This document shows positions 11,691 to 22,238 of a DNA stretch of 64,000 nucleotides, one piece after another. Numbering within the stretch: position 1 is the first letter of the stretch; each line of letters opens with the position of its first letter. A model generated the notes under the pieces. The model saw only the letters and a list, made by a program, of their open reading frames with translations, had not been told where the DNA came from and made no database searches. Source of the stretch: Lytechinus pictus (lineage: Eukaryota); the NCBI RefSeq assembly GCF_037042905.1, contig NC_087245.1, positions 6,202,001 through 6,266,000 of the forward strand. Reading direction: 5' to 3'. A program made the position numbers and the translations under genes.

Positions 11691-12900
11691 GATGTTCAGT
11701 GATACTTGGTTACACTTATTTCCACGTTTTATGAACTAGACCAATACACTTACAGAGATATGATGGTAATTCAACAAATACCCCCAATGTGGCCAAAGTT
11801 CATTGACCTTACATGACCTTTGACCTTGATCATGTGACCTGAAACACGCACAGGATGTTCAGTGATACTTGATTACTCTTATGTCCAAGTTTCACGAGTC
11901 AGATCCATAAACTTTCAAAGTTATGATGGTAATTCAACAGATACCCCCATTATGGCCAAAGTTCATTGACGTTTGACCTTGGTCATGTGAACTAAAATGC
12001 GCACAGGATGTTCAGTGATACTTGATTACTCTTATATCCAAGTTTTATGAACTAGACCAACATATTTTCAAAGTTATGATGGTAATTCAACAAATACCCC
12101 CAATTTGGCCAAAGTTCATTGACCCTAAATGACCTTTGACATTGATCATGTGACCTAAAACACGCACACGATGTTCAGTGATACTTGATTACTCTAATGT
12201 CCAAGTTTCACGAGTCAGATCCATAAACTTTCAAAGTTATGATGGTAATTCAACAGATACCCCCATTATGGCCAAAGTTCATTGACCTTTGACCTTGGTC
12301 ATGTGAACTAAAATGCGCACAGGATGTTCAGTGACACTTGATTACTCTTATATCCAAGTTTTATGAACTAGACCAACATACTTTCAAAGTTATGATGATA
12401 ATTCAACAAATACCCCCAATTTGGTGAAAGTTCATTGACCCTAAATTACCTTTGACCTTGATCATGTGACCTGAAACACGCACAGGATGTTCAGTGATAC
12501 TTGATTACTCTAATGTCCAAGTTTCACGAGTCAGATCCATAAACTTTCAAAGTTATGATGGTAATTCAACAGATACCCCCATTATGGCCAAAGTTCATTG
12601 ACCTTTGACCTTGGTCATGTGAACTAAAATGCGCACAGGATGTTCAGTGATACTTGATTACTCTTATATCCAAGTTTTATGAACTAGACCAATATACTTT
12701 CAAAGTTATGATGGTAATTCAAAAAATACCCCCAATTTGGCTAAAGTTCATTGACCCTAAATGACCTTTGACCTTGGCCATGTGACGTGAAACTCATGCA
12801 GGATGTTCAGTGATACTTGATTAACCTTATGTCCAGGTTTCATGAACTAGGTCCATATATTTTTTAAGTTATGATGACATTTCAACCTTAGGTTAAGATT
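11691..12900. repeat. Tandem array of alternating 163/153-bp units (316-bp dimer)
   Basis: GATGTTCAGTG anchors at 11691, 11854, 12007, 12170, 12323, 12486, 12639, 12802. Confidence 0.95.
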
Positions 12901-12916
12901 TTGATGTTGATTCTCC

Positions 12917-13757
12917 CATGGACCCATTAGGAATGGACATTCAACGAATCCCCTCCTTTGGCACAAAGACCGTCGCCGCTAATCCTTTTATAAACAGAGC
13001 GCTGGCAGCTGACACCCATCAAGCCGGTCGTAATAAACGCTCTCACCATGCTCTCACTGATGGACAGCGGAAATCAATTGTACGCTGCTCCTACCCATTG
13101 CGATGTTGTTCGTTCACTTTATCAACAGCAACGCACAGCAGCGAACGTTAGCGCTATGAAAATGATAGCAGAAACAAGAAAACAGGCGTGCATAAACATA
13201 TTTTTTACGTACATCGCTCACAACCGAAAATGAAATGCATTGACATCACCTTGCAGATCCGTATATCTATGGCAAAAAAGCACTTGAAATTCGACGAAAA
13301 AACGTTAAAATTTCATCTTTTTCGGACAGTATTGATGTCGATAGTAGCGCTTACCTTCGGTCAGAAGTTGATTTTCATTTGGGCATAAAATTCCACAGGA
13401 TTGATGAAATTTAACAGGATTTCTTTTGATGGACAGACGACAATCGCACATTATAGACAGCCTAAAATAATGTACTGAAAAACCGGATATGAATTGCGCA
13501 TTGCATTCTAGGTAATGTAGGGACTTTCCCTTTTGGCAATCGGGGCTAAAACATGACCGCCTTTGGTCGAAAGAGGGCCAGTGATCGATCGGTGACGATC
13601 AATGGGCGAAAGGAGCTTGTGTAAACAATCGCCCCGGGCGGTGGTCGTAAAAACCGCGTAAAGAGAAAGTTAAGGGTTAAACAGCGATTTTGACAGCTGG
13701 AAACAGGTGGTGGTCATAAAATACTCTCGTTGAATGTCCATTCGTAATAGGTCCATG
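12917..13757. mobile_element. Non-autonomous TIR transposon, CATGG ends, 7-bp TSD (P/Galileo-like), nested in the HINE
   Basis: About 31-bp TIR CATGGACCCATTAGGAATGGACATTCAACGA / TCGTTGAATGTCCATTCGTAATAGGTCCATG; ATTCTCC on both sides. Confidence 0.85.
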
Positions 13758-14694
13758 ATTCTCCCAACATGGTCTAAGTTCATTGACCATAAATGACCTT
13801 TGACATTGGTCATGTGACATGAAACTCAGGCAGGATGAAATCTAGTAATACTAGATTTACCTTATGGCCAAGTTTCATGAACTAGGTCCATATACTTTCT
13901 AAGTTATGCTGTCATTTAAAAAACTTAACCTTAGGTTAAGATTTGGTGTTGACGCCGCCGCCGTCGTCGGAAAAGCGGCGCCTATAGTCTCACTCTGCTA
14001 TGCAGGTGAGACAAAAATCAGAAAAACTGAAATATGTATACAAAAAAGGTCCTTTTGGTGCAAGTTCAATTCAATAAAGTGACACAATCTCGTTCCTTTT
14101 CATGAGGATATCCTGTTTAAAAATTGAAACATTGAGATGGGAACAAGAAAAATTCCAGCCCTATCAAAGAAAGTAAACAAGTCCCTCAGGGCACTAATCC
14201 TCCTACGAACAGAAACCACATCAACAACTCTTGTAGACATTTTGAAGGAGTGAATTGTTCATCTTTTTCGCTCGCTCCCCCTCTCCGTCTCTTTGTCATC
14301 TCTCTCTCTCTCTCTCACACACACACATATCATTTATCTCTTCCTCTCTCTCTCTCTCCTCCCTCTTACTCTGTCAAAATAAAAACATAAAGACAAACCA
14401 AACATTAACGATGCTCTAATAGTGGTCTAGGAATTAGACTATACTATACTATACTGTAGAAGTATGCAACTCCGTGAAACATTGAGATCCAAGTTTGAGG
14501 CGAAATTTGGAACCCAATGAGTCAATATGCGTTTGTTCGTAAGGACATGAGAAAAGAGCTCGTCAAGAAAAGGAGACTGAATAAATTATCTTGGCTTTTA
14601 CTTGGTCCTTTTCAGCCATTCAAAGTAATATCTAGGGTAACTATCAATTTAAAGACCCAGACCGGACCCAAAAATGAAATTGACAAATTATATA

Positions 14695-14757
14695 GGTCAT
14701 TTTGCCTCCGACGAAGATTCTGCTAGGATCGAAAGCTTAGGCCCCTTTTGACTCTCT
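14695..14757 (+). ncRNA. Solo Penelope-derived hammerhead ribozyme insertion
   Basis: 14696-14757 is the exact reverse complement of 7182-7243; flanked by AAATTATATA at 14685-14694 and 14758-14767. Confidence 0.8.
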
Positions 14758-14978
14758 AAATTATATACCAATCGAAAGCTTATAAGTTACTAAATAGAGC
14801 AATGTATGCTTTATGCATTTTCACCACTTCCCAGCTGAGTATTTTGCTTAAGAATATTCCAATTATCAGGCTTCGAACCCGGCTTAGAAAATAGGCTTTA
14901 TTGTGCTTTTCACCTGCCTCGAGACCGTGACGTCATGTTGTGTAAGAAGCGTCGTGATTCCATAGGTTTGTACACAGA

Positions 14979-15070
14979 ACAAGTGGAATGCCTCTGGCCG
15001 TCTCACCTGCATCACGCGATTCAATATAGCAGCAGTGCTGATTTTGAAAACTACTATAACTCGCACAAGA
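14979..15070 (-). mobile_element. HINE terminal fragment
   Basis: Near-identical to 11601-11692 (ACAAGTGGAATGCCTCTGGC..GTCTCACCTGCATCACGCG). Confidence 0.8.
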
Positions 15071-18000
15071 TAATAAACCATAAATGTCCAGAAATTCGTT
15101 TTTGAGTCTTGTGATCTTGTAATGGGATGAGAGAAGCCTGTGTGTGATGCCGCGATGTTTGATCTAATTTTTAAGTTTGACCATGTTTCACCTTGAATTT
15201 TTATTCATTTCTAAAAAAATTTAGTTTTCCAACAATTTTTTGATTATATTTAAAAAACCAAAAATATAAAGATTTTTGGGGTTAAAAGTTTTTTCTTTCT
15301 TTCATTTTCTTTGCTTTTTATCCTTCTTTCTTCATCCTTCTGTCCTTCCTGCTATCATACTAATTATTTATAATCACATAATAAATTTCATTATTTGTAA
15401 AATAAGAATTTGTATCTAAATTGTTCTTCAAAATGGCATCGCTAACCGGATGTACGTCATACATAAGCGATTCAAGGCATTGTATTTGCGTTGTGTACAT
15501 TTGGATCGAGGGATCTACATGACATCGGTCTGGTAAGAAACCTTTATTTTTACATATTTTGATTCAATATTTTTTTAAACCTTCTTATGCTTTAGGCGTA
15601 GGAAAGTTAGAGAATAATAAAATCATGATCATTTTTGTGATTTTTAATAAAAAAGATGGATTTCCTAGTTTACAAATACAAGTATCTCTTATATATGGGA
15701 GGGGATTCAAGACTCCATGATGAAGAAGCATAATGTCAAATTTTTCTAAAAGACATCATCATGGAGTCCTCAAGACTGACTAAGTAACGTTAGATCGAGA
15801 CTGGGGTAGGAGAGAACTTTTTGTTTTTTATTTTACTTTTAGGTTCAATCAATTCTGTGCCTCGATGTCAGGATACTGCCACACGATAGACCTTCATGGC
15901 TTCATCCATATAATCGTGGTAAGTGCATAATTTCTGTTTTCACAATTTATTTTGCTAGATATTTTGACCATAATCTACCCTAGTCCCGTGAGTATGGGTA
16001 AATAGACGGTGAGCAGGTGAGCTCCTAGGCGACGGCCCAAGCGGGCCGGTGTCCTAGGTTTTTTGGCCCGGGTACCGGCGGTCCAAAACGACTAGTTGAT
16101 TAGGGCCGCCAGTACAAAACGACTAGTCGATCGGGCCCCCCGGATCCAAATGACTGGTTGAAATTTTTGCCGAAACGACAGGAGAGCCGCCGTTTGGTTC
16201 CGTATTCGTCAGAATGTAGCAAATGTAGTAAATATATTCTATAAATATCTGCTTTGGTGAAATGTTTCAATATATATATTGATGTGATTTTTAATGTAAT
16301 TTCATCCCAATTATTTACATAATTCGGTCTTTAATTAAAAATATTGGTACATCTAGATAAGAGGTATTTCAGCCTCGTACGTTAGGTACCGGTAACATTT
16401 TTGCGCACGCGCAGCGCTGCACTGCTTGGACAGTTGATTGACACGATACGACGCAGCCCGGTACCGCGCTGTACTGTGTTAACGAGTGCCTATCCCTTAA
16501 GTTGCCCTTCTTAAATGCCCGACCAGTGCCCGATTTCCTCTTACTGTTCTGAGAACTTTTATTTCTTAAAAATAATTTCAAAATGTTATGCCCCCATCAC
16601 TTGCCCTTTTTCATCTGCAGAGTGCCCCTTTTTACCTTTGATCAAGCGCCCCATTTGAATATGTCGTTATTCTAATAAATGCCTCTTTTCTTTTCTAGAT
16701 TGTTCAAAATGTGCAGTTTGTTAATGTAAAGTATTTGCTATTAGCGCACTCTTATGCAGGGGCACCTGAACTGGGAAAAGGGGGCACCCCCCCCCCCCCT
16801 TTGTGTCAAGGAGCATTAGACTTTTTACCTTAGGGTGCCCTGGGGTAGGCAAGGTGTTGAAAATAATCTGTTTTCACCCAACCCCTTTTGACAATTGAAG
16901 AGCTTAATTTAAAAAAAAAGGCTAAATCCACTTTTGACCAAATATATTTTAAAATATAAATTTGTTTATCTTTGACACGGGAATCAAGTGCACCATATCG
17001 CATTCCAAAATTTTTGGAAGTTTGGCAAAAATTGAACACAAATTGAGGTTTTTTTAACAGAAGGAGCTAAATCCAAAACAGTTTTATTCCAAAAGGAGCT
17101 AAATCCACTATGTTCACTGAGGATTTCTTGATTTAACAACATTAGCTAAAGTTATGGTTTAAATGTTTGTTATGTACCTGTTGTACATATGAGTCTACAT
17201 CGTCTGCAAATTTTGATATACATAACAGAATTTTACTATTTTTATGAATATTTTTGGATTTAGCTCCTTTTGGAATAAAACATCGAAATATCACCGTCTT
17301 CGGAGATTTCAAAAAATTTCCCCCAATTTTCAATGAATAAAAATCTGAAAAATTGCTAGACATGTTTAAATGTGCAAAAAGGCACATTCGACTAAAATTT
17401 TATTCCAAAAGGAGCTAAATCCATGAAAATTTAAACCATCAAAATTCCTGAAAAATTGAAATTAGTCGCTAGATTTTATAAACATGATTTAATTTATCTA
17501 GTATTGTGATAGCATCATCATATATATCAAAATAGTATATATCAAAATCAGATATTAAGTAGCAGGGGACAAGGGAATATTAAAATTAAATTAAATATTA
17601 AAAGTAAATAAAAACCCTTGATTTACTGAAGATCGCTTTATATAGATATAGCTCCTTTTGCAATAAAATTCTTCATATATTAGTCTGAACAGGGATGTGT
17701 TAGGAATAGGAAGGATATGAAACTCACGGGTGTTTGATATTCAATGTGGCGTGCCGATATTAACCTTTCGGATCAGAATGGATTATGACGGAGCGAAATA
17801 TCATTTACGCTTTTTTTCTCTAAAAGCATCGTTTTTCATCAATCTCTTTTGAAAATTTCAAATTAGTTGAAGACAGCAAATAAAAAGCCCTTGTGATGTT
17901 TTCATGCCAACATGATATAAAAGAATCGTGAAAAAAAAAGACAAATTTAATTTTATAACTACTTCCAAAATTGACAAATTTCAGCATTTTCCGACAATTT

Positions 18001-18809
18001 GTGCTATTTTAGAGCTCACTCATTGTGAAAAATATATGATTATGAACATATTTTGTATTACAATTTATCCGTAGTCATGTGTGTTTCCGAGATAATTAGC
18101 TTTAAATATTACTCAAATTATGGTGATTTCTGTTCGCTGATACCAATTATACGTACTAATGCATTATCAAAAACTGCACCAGCCAAATAAAAATCCGAAT
18201 CTCTCTTGTTGCTAAGAGAAACTGTCGGCAAATGAAAATGCCTGTATTGTTGAAACACCTGAAAAGACATTCACATGTTTAAAAGACAATATCCAGTCGT
18301 CGGCTCGTCAGATGGGGTTAAAGCAGGCTGGTACTAAAGCGAAGAGATTCCTATCCTCCTAACACATCCCTGGTCTGAGTATTACGTCAAAATCTATACA
18401 TCACAATTATATATTTTTTAATTGAACAGTCAAAATTTTGCTCGCAGCTTAAAAAAAATGCGTTGTACGCCATGTCTGGCCCAAACTTTTGCCTCATTGC
18501 GCCACTGGGGTAGATAGTATACTATTTTTTTAAAATTGTTCTTCATATTTTAAGTGCGCTTTTTGCCTTTTTCCCCTGTGTCCCTCTCCCACTTTAAGAT
18601 TTGCCCCGCCGCTCCTGATTTTTTCCTCTGTCTTCATATTTCTATATTTTTGGTAAAATATATAGCGTGAGAAATGACTTGCGGACAGAACGTCGCTGGT
18701 GTTTTATACTTCAATGATCAGTGAAATGACAATACAAATCTTGTAGCTTCTTTCTTGTGCCAAGCTTTGATCGAAAGCTTAGTGCAATTAAAGTGATATT
18801 AAGAAGCTA

Positions 18810-19050
18810 CATAGGCGACGGAAGCGGGGATGGGGGGGGGGGATGGGGGAGCGAGGGTCCTGTCCCCCTAAATTTGAGTGTTTTTTTTTTTTTTTTGCTT
18901 GTCAATTTCGTTCCTGCGTCCCCCCTAAATTCAGGTGGACCGCCCTAAAATTGTTTAAAATCGTTATGGTCCCCCTAAAATTTTGTTCACCTTTTTTTTT
19001 GCTTCCAGGTAGACCCCCCCCTAATTTTTTTTTGGCTTCCGCCGCCAATG
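18810..19050. mobile_element. MITE with 8-bp TSD (hAT-like)
   Basis: TIR CATAGGCGACGGAAGC / GCTTCCGCCGCCAATG; AGAAGCTA at 18802-18809 and 19051-19058. Confidence 0.85.
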
Positions 19051-19144
19051 AGAAGCTATACGACCAATTTTGAGTCATTCATTCACTTCTAAATAATATA
19101 TATATATATATATAGGGCCTACATGTGTGTTATTAAATGCCAGC

Positions 19145-19314
19145 CAGGTGCGGATCCAGGAATTTCCTGGGGGCATTTTAGTCCAGAAAAAAATTGACAG
19201 GCAAAAATTTTAAAAAGGGTTAGCACTTGCACATATACGGTACTTTCGACTTTTTTTGGCTCTCAAAAGGGGGAGGCATGAGCCGGGTGTGCCCTCCCCC
19301 CTGGATCCGCGCCA
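19145..19314. mobile_element. Degraded MITE
   Basis: GCGGATCCAGG / CCTGGATCCGC inverted ends; no clean TSD. Confidence 0.55.
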
Positions 19315-20630
19315 AAGCACCCCCTCCCTCGAGCTTAAGGTCAGTTTGGTGGCGCGCCCATGCACGCTCTTTTATTATTATTTCATCTCCCCCTCTTTCC
19401 CCCCTTCATTTTCCTCCCCCCTTATTCCCTCTTCCTTCTTTCCTTTTCTCATACAGGCTACGTTTCGGCCATTTTTTGCGATCTCTTCTTCCTACGTTTT
19501 TTTCTCCCCCTTTTATTTTCATATATTTCCTCCTTTTTTTACTACCCGGGTCCCGTGCCCCAACCCCCCTCAAAAAAAAAAAAAAATATATATATATATA
19601 TGCGCATAGTGTGTGTCTCATTGAGGTGTCACTGAGAGTTCCCTGTGTTTTTGGCAGCCTCATATATTGTTGGACTTAGTTTTCTTGTATTGATACATTC
19701 ATTTTGATTTCTACTTGATTACTTTGGGGGTTCGAAGAGTATGCATCAGCGTTTACCCCCCCCCCCCCCCCCATCACCATAGTCGCCAATCTCATCCTAT
19801 TTCTTGCTTGGTTATAGACAAACCAGCCATATTGGTGGATATAAGTTCACACCCCGAATAGCCCAGGCGCACAAAGGGAGCACGCAATGTTAATTTAGGG
19901 CGTCATGGCGCACAAAGCAGCCGTCCCCGGATGTTTAATTACATGTAATTGGAAGAGTACTATAAATGCATACGACTCTTTAAATAACTTGAGATTCTCA
20001 AATCGGCAACTGTATCTGTTCTGTGGGTGTGTTTGACTTGGATGAGACAATTGGTTGAAAAGGACGACTGGAATATCACATTCTTGCTGTAGGGGTGATA
20101 ATGGTGCATGAACAGCGTATCGGAACAAATCGCCTGGTCGGAAAAAATCGACTATGACGATCGCATCACACAACAAAACCCGGTACTAATCGACGGGATA
20201 AGTAAAGCGCTTGGCTTGGACAGCGCACGGTTCGGATCTCCTCTGACAAACACGCAGCAATTCAATGACAAAGGGATTGTAGCAGTAGCGAGAAAATTAG
20301 AGCGAGCGTACGAGAGTGCACACGCCGAAGCTAACCCGGTGGGAAGTGGCGGGAAATTCGAAAGGGCTATACAACCCACGTGGACGCCAGGACCAACTGG
20401 ACAAGTCTTCTTAACAGCCATCTTAAGCTTCAAATTTTATTGGAAATCTGACTCAGCATTACTCAAACACAAACTGTGAGCTCTAAAGTTTTCTGATTTG
20501 TTAATATTTTGCACATTATAAGATAAGATTTTACCTATTTGGCGTTTATATTCATTTACTCATTAGCACCTATAGATAACACTAACCACCATAACAAATC
20601 AAATAACAAATGTGTCTGTGATTTATCAAA

Positions 20631-22062
20631 ATGGCTACTTCTGCCTCCTCAGGCGAGGAGGCGTATGAAGATTATGCTAGCGCGATTTATTATCAATCGC
20701 AAGAGAGAATACGCCCACCATCGCCTATGGTGGCTGACCGTGAGGTATTTAGTGATCACACTATTACCGAAGCTCGAGAAAATACAACAGAAGAAGAAGG
20801 AGAATGGTATACTATACCAAAGAAGGTTAGAAGTAGTCAAAGAAAGCCAAAAAGAGCAAGGATCAGCACCATTAATGACTCGCCTGTAAAACAGCAAGGG
20901 CTGACCATTATCATAGAAGGTATAGAATCAAACGTAGTTAAAATTAACCCGATCAAAAGGGCAAAATTTCTAAATGAAAATGTAGGGCAAGTGCAGAAGA
21001 TTGAAAGAGGAAGAAATAATTTAAAGATAATGTGCAAAAACCAACAACAAGCAGAAAAATTGAGGTCAATGACAGAATTTGTAGGAATTGCAATAAAGGC
21101 AGATTGGTACGACCCAGATAAGAAGAAAAGAAAAGGAGTTATAAATAAAGGTAAGTACTGATATTGCAGATGAAGAATTATTAGAAGTATTGAAGAAGGA
21201 CAAGGTCATTGGGGTCAAAAGGTTCAAGAAAAGAATCGAAGGGGAGTTGCAAAACACCCCATCGGTTCTTTTGACCTTTGAGAGAAGAGAAGTGCCCAAA
21301 GAACTTTATTTTGCATATGAACGTTATGAAGTGTTTGACTATGTTCCTCCGCCACCTCGATGTTTCAAATGCCAAATGTTTGGACACGTGGCAGACAGTT
21401 GCAAAAACAAAGTACGTTGTGTGCGATGTGGAGAGGGTCATAGTTACGATGATTGTCCAAACAAAGAGACTCGTAAATGTTGTAGGTGCAAACAAAACCA
21501 CTCGGCAGCATATCTTGGATGTACCTCATACAAAGAGGCTGTTAAAATAAACTCAATCAAGCAGAACGAAAAAATTTCCTATGCTGAAGCTACCAAGAAA
21601 TTCCACACTAAAGCAGAACCCATTTCTGCGCAAGCGACCGTTCAAGCACCCTCGCAAAAAGAGGAAGGAAATATTCCCTCTCAACGTAGAGCAGACAAAC
21701 CAAAACCCCAAAGGATAAGCCATAAACAAAAAAATGGAAATGCTTCTCCTTTTATTTTTGGTAAAGACCAAACTAGTACTCCAATGGCATCTAGGGATGA
21801 GATGTATTCTACAGTTTCACCGGTACAGTCCGGGGAGGAATCTAGAAATAGCCACGTCAAGTATAATAGTCTGAAAACAACCTTTGCCATGAAAAGTTTA
21901 GACTTTCTAGCATTTATTGTTTTTATAATCAATAATTTGGAGCACGAACACACCCATTCTAACAGAATACGCCTTGTTGTAGAAGCTGCCAAATCTTGCC
22001 TGGGAATCACAAATATCCTTCCCCAAATGATCCACGAAAGACTAGCAACTTCCAATGAATGA
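20631..22062 (+). pseudogene. LINE ORF1 (gag-like nucleic-acid-binding protein) with one frameshift near 21141-21150
   Basis: KGVI motif, then frame change to VSTDIADEEL; YVPPPPRCFKCQMFGHVADSC, CVRCGEGHSYDDC, CCRCKQNHSAAYLGC triple knuckle. Confidence 0.88.
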
Positions 22063-22238
22063 TGGCTATGACAGGTGGAATTCCTTCACTCCCTCATTTC
22101 TCTCTCTCTCTCAGCTTTCCACTCTTTTCCTCTTATTACTTTTCCCCATTCTTCAGTTTTCTCATTCTCCTTTCCAAATTCTTTTCCACATTTCTTCGAC
22201 TTTTTTCATCTACAGCAGTGATCGTCATTTTATTATTT

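Larger units (their letters stand above)
11601..14012 (-). mobile_element. Helentron-associated non-autonomous element (HINE; DINE-1/Tsp/pearl-like) with internal tandem array
   Basis: Subterminal inverted repeats GTCTCACCTGCAT (11622-11634) / ATGCAGGTGAGAC (14000-14012), terminal hairpin 13987-14012, GCC microsatellite ~13953-13968, T-run insertion site, ...CTTGT end on the minus strand. Confidence 0.8.

Noticed and set aside
11691..12900. CRISPR-like regular array
   Set aside because: Units repeat over their whole length with no unique spacers, no cas genes, eukaryotic context.
19227..19679. Overlapping ORFs of 85-150 aa
   Set aside because: Pyrimidine-rich low-complexity and MITE sequence; no motifs.
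20108..20479. 123-aa upstream ORF of the LINE
   Set aside because: Spans the inferred LINE 5' junction at 20198 and has no recognisable motif.
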